Below are positions 48,574 through 57,658 of a stretch of DNA of 61,316 nucleotides, one piece after another (position 1 is the first letter of the stretch; each line of letters begins with the position of its first letter). The notes beneath the pieces are model-generated. The model was not told the DNA's origin. It saw nothing but the letters and a program-made list of their open reading frames with translations, and did not search any database. The position numbers and the translations under genes were made by a program. The stretch comes from Alphaproteobacteria bacterium. GTDB lineage: Bacteria > Pseudomonadota > Alphaproteobacteria > GCA-2731375. The DNA is taken from the NCBI GenBank assembly GCA_016869175.1, contig VGEV01000002.1:1-61316 (forward strand), read 5' to 3'.

Positions 48574-49226
48574 GGCGGCTCCGGGTTGCGCAAGCCGGAC
48601 GCGAATGCCGCCTGGTCGAGCGGACCGCCGCCAAATTCCGCCATCGCATCCAGCAGGCAGTCCCAAAGATACTCGGCGACGGCGCTGTCGCACAGCACAT
48701 GATAGCCACAATGCTCGGCCAGGTCGGCGCGCGCGACGATGACCGATACGCGCGCCATCAGGGTCTGCGCCATGTCGCCCAGCCCGAAGCGGTCGGCCCG
48801 CAGGTCGACTGCGCAGAGCTTGGCCAGGCAATCGGCTGCCGCCGCGCCGGCCAGCAGCAGCCAGGCATGGCTGTCCTGCCGTGGCAGCGGATAGACATGG
48901 TCCGGCCGCTCGCGCGCCTGCGCCGTCGCCAGGGCCTGGCATTGCCCGTCCGTTTCCGACAGCGGCGCCAGCAGCAGGTGCTCGTGTTCCGACAATCGCA
49001 GCAGCAGGCCGCCGTCGGCTTGCGGGGTTGCCTCGTTGGGGCGGCCCGGCAGCGCCAGGCCCCGGCCTTGCAGCCAGGCGGGCGTTCCGCGGCCCTTGAA
49101 GCCCAGGCGCGGCCGCGCCGACAGATCGACCAGCACCAAGCCGTCCGGTGCGATCGCCTTGGGCGCGGTCAAGACGGCTTGGCGGTGGGCCAGGAAGCTG
49201 CGGCGGTGCTGCGGCGAGGGGTTCAT
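48570..49226 (-). CDS. soxG: Sarcosine oxidase gamma subunit
   Basis: Internal ATG at 49226. It has the size, position and sequence pattern ([23 protein letters not shown]) expected of SoxG, immediately after soxA. Confidence 0.83.
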   Translation of the reverse strand: MNPSPQHRRSFLAHRQAVLTAPKAIAPDGLVLVDLSARPRLGFKGRGTPAWLQGRGLALPGRPNEATPQADGGLLLRLSEHEHLLLAPLSETDGQCQALATAQARERPDHVYPLPRQDSHAWLLLAGAAAADCLAKLCAVDLRADRFGLGDMAQTLMARVSVIVARADLAEHCGYHVLCDSAVAEYLWDCLLDAMAEFGGGPLDQAAFASGLRNPEPP

Positions 49227-49230
49227 GACA

Positions 49231-52083
49231 TCAGGCCTGGCGCGCACCGGCGGGATCGTAGAACGGCGGCTTCGTCACCACGGCATTCAACAGCCGGCCG
49301 GCTCTGACCTTGATGGTGAAAGCGATGCCGGGTTCCGCCTGATCGGGTGCAACATAGGCCAGCCCGATCGTCTGGTTCAGCACCGGCGAATGGGCCACGG
49401 AAGTGACGCGGCCGACAATATCGCCCTGGCGCACCACCAAGTGGCATTCGCTGGGCGGTGCGGCAAGGGGATCGGCCAGCGTGAAGCCGACCAGCCTGCG
49501 CTCCAGCGGCTGGCCGGCGCGGATCTCCAGGGCGCGTCGGCCGACGAAGTAGGGTTTGGCCATGGCGACCGCGAGCGCCAGCCCGGCCTCGGCCGGCGTG
49601 GTGTTGGCGTCGGTGTCCTGGCCGATGATGATGTGGCCTTTTTGCAGGCGCAGGATGCGTTGGGCCTCGACGCCGAACGGCCGGACCCCCAGCCGTTCGC
49701 CTGCCGTCAGCAGCATTTCCCACAAGGCCAGCGCCATGCCCGCCGGCACGTGCAGTTCGAAGGCCACTTCGCCGACAAAGCCGGTGCGCAACGCCCGCAC
49801 CGGGATGTCGGCGATGTGGCCCTCGCGGATACCAACGAATGGCAGGCCGGCGGCACTGACGTCGAGATCGCGGGTCAGCGGCGCCAGCAGGTCGCGCGCC
49901 TTGGGTCCGGCCACGCTGATACCGGCCAGCGCCGAGGTGAGGTTGGTGATGTCGACATCGAGTCGCCATTGTGCCTGCCACCACAGCATGCTGCGGTAGA
50001 TGCCATCGGCGGCGCCGGTCGTCGCCGTCACATAGAAATGCTCGGGCGCCAACCGGCAGACCATGCCATCATCGATGAGCGAGCCCGCGACATCGCAGAC
50101 TAGGCCGTAGCGGCATCGCCCCGGCGCCAACTTGCGGAAACTGCCGGTATGAAAACGTTCGACGAATTCGGGCGCGTCGGGTCCGCGGATGTCGAAGCCG
50201 CCCAGGGTCGAAACGTCGATCAGGCCGACGTCGTGATGCACCGCCATGACCTCGGCGCGCACGGCGACCTCCGCGTCGCTGCCGTAGTAGGCCGGCCTGA
50301 GCCACAGACCCGCCGGCATGAACTTGGCACCGCGCGCCTGGTGCGCGGGATGCAGGGCCGAGCGGCGCACCGGGTGGTGGCCGCGCCCGGCAAGGTGGCC
50401 GAAGCATTCCTCGCCGAAAGGCGGTCGCGGATTGGGCGCGCCGACCGCTGCAACCGGCAGGTTTCGCGCCCGCGCCAGCAGCCGAGCGGCATTGAGCGCG
50501 CTCAGGCGGCCCTGGCTCGGCCCCATGGCGAGCGTGGTGTAACGCTTCAACAGTTCGATGTGCTCGAAGCCGTCGGTCAGCGCATTGGCGACGTCGGCAA
50601 CCGTCACGTCGTGATCGAAATCGACATAATCCTTGCCCTCGGGGTGCGGGAAGATCGGGAAGGGATGGTTGGGCGTGGCGGCGGTGGCGGTCGGCCGGTG
50701 CATGGGTTGCGGGACGAAGCCGGCCGCCCGTGCCGCCTCGCGCCCGGCCGCCTTGCCGTCGGCCTCGGCTGCTTGCGCCGTGAACCGTCGATCGACCGCG
50801 CCGGCGGCAAACACGCCCTCCGGCAGGCCGGTGAGGCGGAAGCCGGCGACATCGGGATCGTAGGCGAGGGTGGCGCCCGCCTGCACCGCCAGTTCGGCGG
50901 CCGGCGTGCCGCCGACCGAAAGGCACAATAGATCGGCCGCCAGCCGCCCGCGTTCGCCGCCGGCTTCGTCGAGACCGGCATGCAGCACCGCTTGCACCGC
51001 ATCCCGGCCTTCGGCGGCGACGGGGGCGCGACCCTGCAGGATAGGCAAGCCCCGATGCGCCGCTGCCTGGCGCAAGTCGCCCGGCGGGTGGCCGGGGCGC
51101 AGGTCGAGGATGCCGGCCAGTTCGACGCCCGCCTCCTCCAAGTCCAGAGCCACGCCATAGCCGGCGTCGTTGGCGGTGGCGACGACGGCCCGGCGGCCTG
51201 GCTTGACGCCGTGCAGCCGGATCAACCGCTGCGCCGCCGAACCCAGCATCACGCCCGGCAGATCGTTGTTGCGAAACACCGCCGGTTGCTCGCGCTGGCC
51301 ACTGGCCAGCACCAAGGCCCGCGCGCGCAGCTTGATCAGGCGGGCGCCTTGCACCGCCGATAGCCAGCGGTCGGCGAAGCAGCCGGTCACGGTGGCCGCG
51401 GTCAAGATGCGGATGCGCGGCTCGGCCAGAACGGCCGCGCCAAGCTGCGCCGCCAGATCGCCGCCATGCTGGCCCGCCGCGTCCGGCCGCCCCCAGAGCA
51501 AGCCGCCCCCCAAGCGCGGCCTGCGATGCAGCAGCACCACCTCCGCGCCCGTTTCCGCTGCGGCCAGCGCCGCCGCCAGGCCGGCCGGGCCACCGCCCAC
51601 CACGGCCACGTCGGCGTGCAGATGCAGCTTGTCGTGCTCTCCCCCGGCAAACCCCGGGTCGACCCGGCCATGGCCCACCCGACGGCGGATGATCGGCTCC
51701 CAGAGGCGCCAGCCGAAGGCCGGCCGGAAGAAGGCGCGGTAATAGAAGCCGACCGGCAGAAAACGGTCGAAGCGTTCGATCCAGCGGCCGCCCTTGTGGT
51801 GCCGGCTGACCGTCATGCCCTCGGCGATCGCCCGCTCGTCGGCGGCGACGCTGGGCTCCTGGTTGACCTGCACCAGGACGCCTGCCTCGTGGCCGGCAGC
51901 CGAGTAGATGCCGCGCGGCCGGCGATGCTTGAACGAGGACGACAGCACGCGCACGCCGTTGGCCGCCAAGGCCGAAGCGATGCTGTCGCCGGCGAGGCCG
52001 GTGTAGGCTAGGCCGTCGAACCGGAACCGCACCGGCCGCGAGCGGTCGATCAGGCAGCCGAACGGTTCGGGCAGCCGGTTCAC
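49231..52083 (-). CDS. soxA: Sarcosine oxidase alpha subunit
   Basis: 950 aa, GTG start. It has the N-terminal FRFDGLAYTGLAGDSIASALAANG, the dinucleotide motif VVGGGPAGLAAA, and a C-terminal GcvT-like folate-binding domain. Confidence 0.93.
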   Translation of the reverse strand: MNRLPEPFGCLIDRSRPVRFRFDGLAYTGLAGDSIASALAANGVRVLSSSFKHRRPRGIYSAAGHEAGVLVQVNQEPSVAADERAIAEGMTVSRHHKGGRWIERFDRFLPVGFYYRAFFRPAFGWRLWEPIIRRRVGHGRVDPGFAGGEHDKLHLHADVAVVGGGPAGLAAALAAAETGAEVVLLHRRPRLGGGLLWGRPDAAGQHGGDLAAQLGAAVLAEPRIRILTAATVTGCFADRWLSAVQGARLIKLRARALVLASGQREQPAVFRNNDLPGVMLGSAAQRLIRLHGVKPGRRAVVATANDAGYGVALDLEEAGVELAGILDLRPGHPPGDLRQAAAHRGLPILQGRAPVAAEGRDAVQAVLHAGLDEAGGERGRLAADLLCLSVGGTPAAELAVQAGATLAYDPDVAGFRLTGLPEGVFAAGAVDRRFTAQAAEADGKAAGREAARAAGFVPQPMHRPTATAATPNHPFPIFPHPEGKDYVDFDHDVTVADVANALTDGFEHIELLKRYTTLAMGPSQGRLSALNAARLLARARNLPVAAVGAPNPRPPFGEECFGHLAGRGHHPVRRSALHPAHQARGAKFMPAGLWLRPAYYGSDAEVAVRAEVMAVHHDVGLIDVSTLGGFDIRGPDAPEFVERFHTGSFRKLAPGRCRYGLVCDVAGSLIDDGMVCRLAPEHFYVTATTGAADGIYRSMLWWQAQWRLDVDITNLTSALAGISVAGPKARDLLAPLTRDLDVSAAGLPFVGIREGHIADIPVRALRTGFVGEVAFELHVPAGMALALWEMLLTAGERLGVRPFGVEAQRILRLQKGHIIIGQDTDANTTPAEAGLALAVAMAKPYFVGRRALEIRAGQPLERRLVGFTLADPLAAPPSECHLVVRQGDIVGRVTSVAHSPVLNQTIGLAYVAPDQAEPGIAFTIKVRAGRLLNAVVTKPPFYDPAGARQA

Positions 52084-52379
52084 CTGTCACCCGGCTCCGC
52101 AGGGCCGACCGGCGTGCGCTTGGCGAACAGTTCGCTCGCGGGATAGCTGCGCAGGAACCGGTCCGACAGCGTATCGCGCTCGGCGATGAACCAGTAGCCG
52201 CTCGGCACGTGCAGCCACCATTCGCGGACCAGCCCGGCGCGGTTGTCGCGGTGGAAGACATGCTGTGCCCAGTCCGCCGCGCTCAACTGGCTGGCATCCG
52301 GCTCGGGCTGCACCTCGCCGCCGCAGACAAACTCCTCGGCGTTGCGCAAGCCATTCAGCGGACAGGGGATCAGCTTCAT
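52080..52379 (-). CDS. soxD: Sarcosine oxidase delta subunit
   Basis: Internal ATG (MKLIPCPLNGLRNAEEFVCGGE...), 99 aa. A GTGA overlap joins it to soxA. Confidence 0.9.
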   Translation of the reverse strand: MKLIPCPLNGLRNAEEFVCGGEVQPEPDASQLSAADWAQHVFHRDNRAGLVREWWLHVPSGYWFIAERDTLSDRFLRSYPASELFAKRTPVGPAEPGDR

Positions 52380-52387
52380 CGGCGGCC

Positions 52388-53629
52388 CTAATGCCCTACT
52401 GCGGCGGCGCCGCGTTCGCCCAGTTGGCGGAAGCTGTCGAAACGCTGCAGCGCGAATGGCCGCAGCAGGTCGGGCACCGCGCCGGTCGCCAGCGTCTCCG
52501 CCATGCGCTTGCCGCAGACGGGCGTCGCTTTGAAACCCCACGTGCCCCAGCCCGCGTCGATATAGTAGTTGGCGAGCGGCGTTTCGCCCATCACTGGCGA
52601 GAAATCCGGCGTCATGTCGGCGATGCCGGCCCATTGCCGCAGCACCTTCACCTCCGACAGGAAGGGAAACAGCTCCAGCAGGTCGCTCATCAAGGTTTCC
52701 TTGAAGTCCAGCGTCGAACGCTGCTGGTAGAGCGGATAGCCGTCCACCGCGCCACCCATCACCAGTTCGCCGCGCGGGGTCTGCGAGACGTAGCAATGCA
52801 GGCTGGCGGAGACGACGATGGGATCAAGGAAGGGTTGCAGCGGCTGCGACACGCAGGCCTGCAGCGGCACGGTTACGATCGGCAGACGGAACCCGGCCAG
52901 CGCCGCCAGCCGCGAACTCGATCCCGCCACCGCCTGCAACGCCCGGGCGCAGGAGATCACGCCGCGGTTGGTCTCCACGCCCACTACCCGGTCACCTTGC
53001 CGGCGAATGCCGGTGACTTCGGTGTGCTGGTGCAACTCCACGCCCATGTCTGCGGCGGCGCGCGCGTAGCCCCAAGCAATGGCGTCGTGGCGCGCGATGG
53101 CGCCGGGCGGATGGTAGAGCGCTCCCAGCACGGGATAGCGCGCCTCTTCAGAAAGATTGAGCACCGGGCAAAGCCGACGGATTTCATCGACCCCGATCAG
53201 TTCGGAACTGACCCCCAAATGCTTGTTCACTTCCGCCCGCCAGCGCGCGGTGCGCAAGGCGGCGTCGGTATGCGCCAGCGTCAGGTGGCCGCGCTCGGAA
53301 TAGAGGATGTTGAAATCGAGCTCTTGCGACAATTCGCGAAACAGCGCCACCGACTCGGCATAGAATCGCACCCCTTCCGGCGTCAGGTAATTGGCGCGGA
53401 CGATGGCGGTATTGCGGCCGGTGTTGCCGCCCGCGATCCAGCCCTTGTCCAGCACGCAGACGTTGCGCAGGCCCCACTGCTTGGCGAGGTAGTACGCGGC
53501 GGCCAAGCCATGCCCGCCGGCGCCGATGATGACGATGTCGTAGACCGGTTTCAGCGGCCGTTCGGGGGGGAACTGCCGGCGCGCCGGATAGCGGCGGGCG
53601 AGGCCATATTTCAGCAAGCCGATGGGCAT
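52388..53629 (-). CDS. soxB: Sarcosine oxidase beta subunit
   Basis: 413 aa with IIGAGGHGLAAAYYLA, ARHDAIAWGY (the covalent-FMN His region) and the C-terminal ERGAAAVGH. Confidence 0.95.
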   Translation of the reverse strand: MPIGLLKYGLARRYPARRQFPPERPLKPVYDIVIIGAGGHGLAAAYYLAKQWGLRNVCVLDKGWIAGGNTGRNTAIVRANYLTPEGVRFYAESVALFRELSQELDFNILYSERGHLTLAHTDAALRTARWRAEVNKHLGVSSELIGVDEIRRLCPVLNLSEEARYPVLGALYHPPGAIARHDAIAWGYARAAADMGVELHQHTEVTGIRRQGDRVVGVETNRGVISCARALQAVAGSSSRLAALAGFRLPIVTVPLQACVSQPLQPFLDPIVVSASLHCYVSQTPRGELVMGGAVDGYPLYQQRSTLDFKETLMSDLLELFPFLSEVKVLRQWAGIADMTPDFSPVMGETPLANYYIDAGWGTWGFKATPVCGKRMAETLATGAVPDLLRPFALQRFDSFRQLGERGAAAVGH

Positions 53630-53704
53630 CAGGGCCGGTCCATGCCGGGCGCGCCTGCTTCCGGCGTCGCCACTGTCGCGCGATGTCGCATGGCGGGCGG
53701 TCCG

Positions 53705-55255
53705 CTAGATCCGCCGGCCGGCGCCCTGCCAATAGGCGTCGCGCAGCTTGCGTTTGAAGATCTTGCCGCTGTCCTCACGCGGCAGGTCGGACTGGAACAC
53801 GACTGCCTTCGGCACCTTGTAACGCGCCAGGTGCTGGCCCAGATAGCCGCGCACCACCTCGCCCGTGACCAGCGCCGGATCGCCGTCGACATGCGCGCAC
53901 AGCGCTTCGCCGAACTCCTCGTCGGGAATGCCGAACACGGCGCAGTCGCGCACCCCCGGCAGGCCGAGCAGGCAGGCTTCGATCTCGGCAGGATAGATAT
54001 TCACGCCGCCCGAGATCACCATGTCGCGCGCCCGATCGCAGAGGAACAAATAGCCATCCTGGTCGACATAGCCAACGTCGCCGACGCTGATCAGGCCGTC
54101 GCGCTCGACCTCGCGGCGCTTGGCTTCCAGGCCGTGGTAAGTGAAATCGGGATAGAGCGACTGGCGCATGAAAATCTCGCCGACCTGGCCCGGCCCAAGC
54201 AGGTTGCCGGCGTCGTCGTGGATGCGGATCTGGGCGCCTTCCAGTGCGCGGCCGACCGTTCCCGGCTTGCGCAGCGCCTCGCGGCTGTCGTGGAACACGA
54301 CGGCGCCGGTTTCGGTCGCGCCATAATATTCGTTGATCACCGGGCCCCACCACTCGATCATGCGGCGCTTGACCTCGGGCGGGCAGGGTGCAGCGGCATG
54401 CACGACCCAGCGCAGCGAGCTGAGGTCGTAGCGGCGCTTCACCGCATCCGGCAGCCGCAGCAGGCGCACGAACATCGTCGGCACCATGTGCAGATGGCTG
54501 ATACGGTGCCGGTCGATCAGCGCCAGCAGTTCCTCGGCCTCGAAGCGCGGCTGCAGCACGACCAGGCCGCCGCTGCGCGCGGCGTAGAGGCCATAGACAT
54601 TGGGCGCGGAGTGGTAGAGCGGTCCGGTGATCACCGTGCGCAGATCGCCCCTTGCGCGAATGTCGAAGACAAGCTCAACCATGCGGGCCATGGCTAGCGC
54701 CATCTCGGGGCTGGGCGGCAGGCGGCGCACGCCCTTCGGCCGTCCGGTCGTACCGGAGGTGTAGATCATGCTGGCGCGCAAGGCCTTGGCGGATCGCGAC
54801 CAGGGCTGCTGCCGGGCAAGCCAGGCATCCCAGTCGTGCCGCCCTTCCGGCACGCGGCAGAGCGCGGGATCCACGCCATAGGCCTTGGCGATCTCCGGCG
54901 AGGTCGCCACCACCAGGACCGGCAACCCGGCCGGTATGCCCGCCGCGATGCGCCCCAGCAGGTCGGCGTGAACGACCAGCGCCTTCGCGCCGCAATCGTT
55001 CAGGATGTAGCCCGCCTCCTCTGCCTGGTAGTGCCAATTGAGCGGCACGGCATAGGCGCCCAGCGCGGTCGCGCCCAGGCTTGCCTCGAAGAACGCGAAG
55101 TCGTTGCGCAAGTGGATCGCGACGGCGTCGTTCTCGCCCACTCCCAGCGTTGCGAAGCCGCCGGCCGCGGCGGTGATGCGCTGGGCGAGCAGGCGCTCGG
55201 GCAGTTCGCGTTCGCCACTAATGAAGCGTCCGCTCGCGTCGCGATCGACTTGCAT
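53705..55255 (-). CDS. AMP-dependent acyl-CoA synthetase/ligase
   Basis: Start at ATG 55255 after GGGGGGA. It has the AMP-binding motif MIYTSGTTGRPKGV, then YGATE, and a C-terminal SGKIFKRKLR. Confidence 0.9.
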   Translation of the reverse strand: MQVDRDASGRFISGERELPERLLAQRITAAAGGFATLGVGENDAVAIHLRNDFAFFEASLGATALGAYAVPLNWHYQAEEAGYILNDCGAKALVVHADLLGRIAAGIPAGLPVLVVATSPEIAKAYGVDPALCRVPEGRHDWDAWLARQQPWSRSAKALRASMIYTSGTTGRPKGVRRLPPSPEMALAMARMVELVFDIRARGDLRTVITGPLYHSAPNVYGLYAARSGGLVVLQPRFEAEELLALIDRHRISHLHMVPTMFVRLLRLPDAVKRRYDLSSLRWVVHAAAPCPPEVKRRMIEWWGPVINEYYGATETGAVVFHDSREALRKPGTVGRALEGAQIRIHDDAGNLLGPGQVGEIFMRQSLYPDFTYHGLEAKRREVERDGLISVGDVGYVDQDGYLFLCDRARDMVISGGVNIYPAEIEACLLGLPGVRDCAVFGIPDEEFGEALCAHVDGDPALVTGEVVRGYLGQHLARYKVPKAVVFQSDLPREDSGKIFKRKLRDAYWQGAGRRI

Positions 55256-55368
55256 TGTCCCCCCGTGCCCGCGCACCTTAGCGCGCGCCCCGCGGTCAAG
55301 GAAGCCGCAACCAGTGACGGCCGGCGCCGCCAGGGCCTACTATGCGCGCGCCAAGCCAGGAGACAGGC

Positions 55369-55659
55369 ATGCCAGCAGCGTATCTGATCGGCCAGATCGA
55401 GGTGACCGACCCTGCCAAGTACGAGGCGTACCGCAAGCAAGTGCCGGCAACCATCGCCAAGTTCGGTGGCGAGTATCTGGTCCGCGGTGGCGCGCTGTTG
55501 AAACTGGAAGGACAGGATCCTCCAGGGCGCACCGTGGTGCTGCGCTTCCCCAGCCTGGAACAGGCCAAGGCCTGGTATCACAGCCAGGACTATGCCGGCC
55601 CGAAGCAGATCCGTCAGTCCGCTTCGATCGGCAACGTGATTCTGGTGGAAGGCGTGTAG
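55369..55659 (+). CDS. DUF1330 domain protein (paralogue of 14415..14717)
   Basis: AGGAGA precedes the ATG at 55369. The sequence is AYLIGQIEVTDPAKYEAYRKQV...VVLRFPSLEQAKAWYHSQDY. Confidence 0.8.
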   Translation: MPAAYLIGQIEVTDPAKYEAYRKQVPATIAKFGGEYLVRGGALLKLEGQDPPGRTVVLRFPSLEQAKAWYHSQDYAGPKQIRQSASIGNVILVEGV

Positions 55660-55684
55660 TCGCCGGCCGGCCGGGGGCGGCTGC

Positions 55685-57652
55685 GTGCCACCACAAGACA
55701 CCCCGCTGCCGTGGTCCGCCGGTGGCGGGCGCTGGCGGGTGCCCAGTGGCGCGCTGTTCTGCTTGGCGCTGGTGCTGGTGCTGTTGCTGTGCGCGGCCAT
55801 CGGCTATGCCGCCCTGCTTGCCACCGCGGCCGGATTGCAGGAGGAGAACGAGAAGAAAGCCGCGGCACTGGCCTATGTGCTGGTGGCGCCGCTGGAGCGC
55901 GCGACGCGGCTGCGCATCGAGTTGCACGACTTGCGCGGCGTCGTCGAGTTCATCGCCGACGTGGCGGCCGATCACCCGGACGTGGCCTATGTCGCGGTCA
56001 CACAGACGGACGGCGGCCTGGTGCATCACTTCGGCCGACAGCCTCCGGTCGAGTTGTTGGCTGCGGCCGCGGCGGCAATCGCGCCGGATGGCGGGCCGGT
56101 CCGGCTTGACCTGGATGGGCTGGTGCAGGTGACCGTTCCGGTCAAGGCGCATGGCATGCTGCGCGCGGCCGTGCATGTCGCGGTCGAGCCGAGGGTGGTG
56201 ACCGCGCGCCTGTTGGCTCGGCTGAGCGGACTTGTCGCGGCTGCGCTGCTGGCCCTGGCGCTGCTGGTGGAACTGCTGGCCGCGGCCGAGCGGCGCTGGC
56301 TCGCCATGCGCCTCGACCGATCGCTTGCGGTATTGCGAGCCACGGAAGGCGAACAGGCCGGCCCGGCGCCGGATGCGATGGGCGACGAGGTAGGCGATCT
56401 GGCTGGCCGGGCCGAAGCGACCAGCCGCCGGATCGCCGCCGAGCGCTACCTGTTCGCCAGCTGGGTGCAGGAAGTCCGCGCGTCGCAGATCGATCCGCTG
56501 GCCCAAGCCCGTATCGACACGGTGCGCGACCAGCTGGTCGCCGCGCCCGTTCTTGCCTCGCTGCCACGACCGGACGCCGTCGGGTCCAGCCCGCGCTTGG
56601 CGATCTTCTTGGTGCTGACCGCCGAAGTGTCCACATGGCCGCTGTGGATGGCGCACGATGTGGCCGCCGGCATGGCGCCGGTGCTCGGTGGCCTCGCACG
56701 ATCCTTGCCGGCGGCGGGCGGGCTGTTCGTCGCCGCGGCGGGGCTCGGCTTGCTGGCGGCCGGCGGCTGGCGGTGCGGGCCGCGCCTGATCGCAGCCATC
56801 CTGCTTGCTGCCGCTCTTGGCACGGTGCTGGCCGGGGATATCGACGCCATCGGGCCGCTCTTGCTGGTGCGTGGCGCAGGCGGGCTGGCGCTGGCCGTGG
56901 TCCTGGCAAGTGCGGTTGGCGGCCTGCCGGGCGGCGCCGGCCGAGGGGGGCCGGCGACCGCGGTGCTGGCCAGTGCCTGCATTGCCGGGCCAGCGTTGGC
57001 CACGTTGCTGCCGCGCCTGGGCCTCGTCGAGCATGGTTTCGCCCTCGCCGGCCTGCTGTTGGTTGCGGCGGCCGTGGCAGCGTGGTTTGGCGACGGGCTG
57101 CCGGCTGGCGCGGCTGGGGTTGGCGAGGGTTGGCGCGCCATCGTAGGGGCGGTGCCAGGTAGCCTCGCCCTGGGCTTGCTGGCCCCCGCCTTGTTGGTGA
57201 ATGGGTCGGCGCCGCCGGCGGATGCCCTGGCCGCGATGGCGGCCGCGGCCAGCCCGTCGGTCGCTGGACTGGTTGCCCTGGTGCTGCTCTCGCTGCTGGC
57301 TTGGAGGTGGCCGGCGACGCCGCTTGGCTGGCCGGCGCCGCTGCTGCTCGGCGGACTTGCGGCCGTCGGCTTGGCCGGTACGGCTTGGCTGCAGCCGAGC
57401 GTGAGCCCGCTGTTGGGGGCCGCCTGCCTGGGGGCGGCGCTGGCCGCCACCTGGTTGTTGCCGCTTGTCCCGCAGACGGCCGACGGTCCGCGACCGGCGA
57501 TCGCGGCCGGGCTCGCGGTTTTCGCGCTTGGCTTCTTCGCGGCGGCGCCCTTGGCCGACCTGGGCGCGGCGATCGCCGGGTGGTGCGCCGCGGCGCTGGT
57601 GGCGCTGGGCGTTCTGCTGGCTGGCGCGCGTCGCGCCGGCCATCCGGTCTGA
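55685..57652 (+). CDS. Fusion of an N-terminal TM-periplasmic domain-TM-HAMP-like sensor module to an MFS-like polytopic domain
   Basis: 655 aa. TM1 is LFCLALVLVLLLCAAIGYAALL. An extracytoplasmic region of about 140 aa follows, then TM2 (LSGLVAAALLALALLVELL) and the linker MGDEVGDLAGRAEATSRRI. After that come about 11-12 Gly/Ala/Leu-rich helices with an MFS-like GGWRCGPRL loop. The start is uncertain (GTG 55685 or GTG 55739). Confidence 0.68.
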   Translation: MPPQDTPLPWSAGGGRWRVPSGALFCLALVLVLLLCAAIGYAALLATAAGLQEENEKKAAALAYVLVAPLERATRLRIELHDLRGVVEFIADVAADHPDVAYVAVTQTDGGLVHHFGRQPPVELLAAAAAAIAPDGGPVRLDLDGLVQVTVPVKAHGMLRAAVHVAVEPRVVTARLLARLSGLVAAALLALALLVELLAAAERRWLAMRLDRSLAVLRATEGEQAGPAPDAMGDEVGDLAGRAEATSRRIAAERYLFASWVQEVRASQIDPLAQARIDTVRDQLVAAPVLASLPRPDAVGSSPRLAIFLVLTAEVSTWPLWMAHDVAAGMAPVLGGLARSLPAAGGLFVAAAGLGLLAAGGWRCGPRLIAAILLAAALGTVLAGDIDAIGPLLLVRGAGGLALAVVLASAVGGLPGGAGRGGPATAVLASACIAGPALATLLPRLGLVEHGFALAGLLLVAAAVAAWFGDGLPAGAAGVGEGWRAIVGAVPGSLALGLLAPALLVNGSAPPADALAAMAAAASPSVAGLVALVLLSLLAWRWPATPLGWPAPLLLGGLAAVGLAGTAWLQPSVSPLLGAACLGAALAATWLLPLVPQTADGPRPAIAAGLAVFALGFFAAAPLADLGAAIAGWCAAALVALGVLLAGARRAGHPV

Positions 57653-57658
57653 TCGGCG

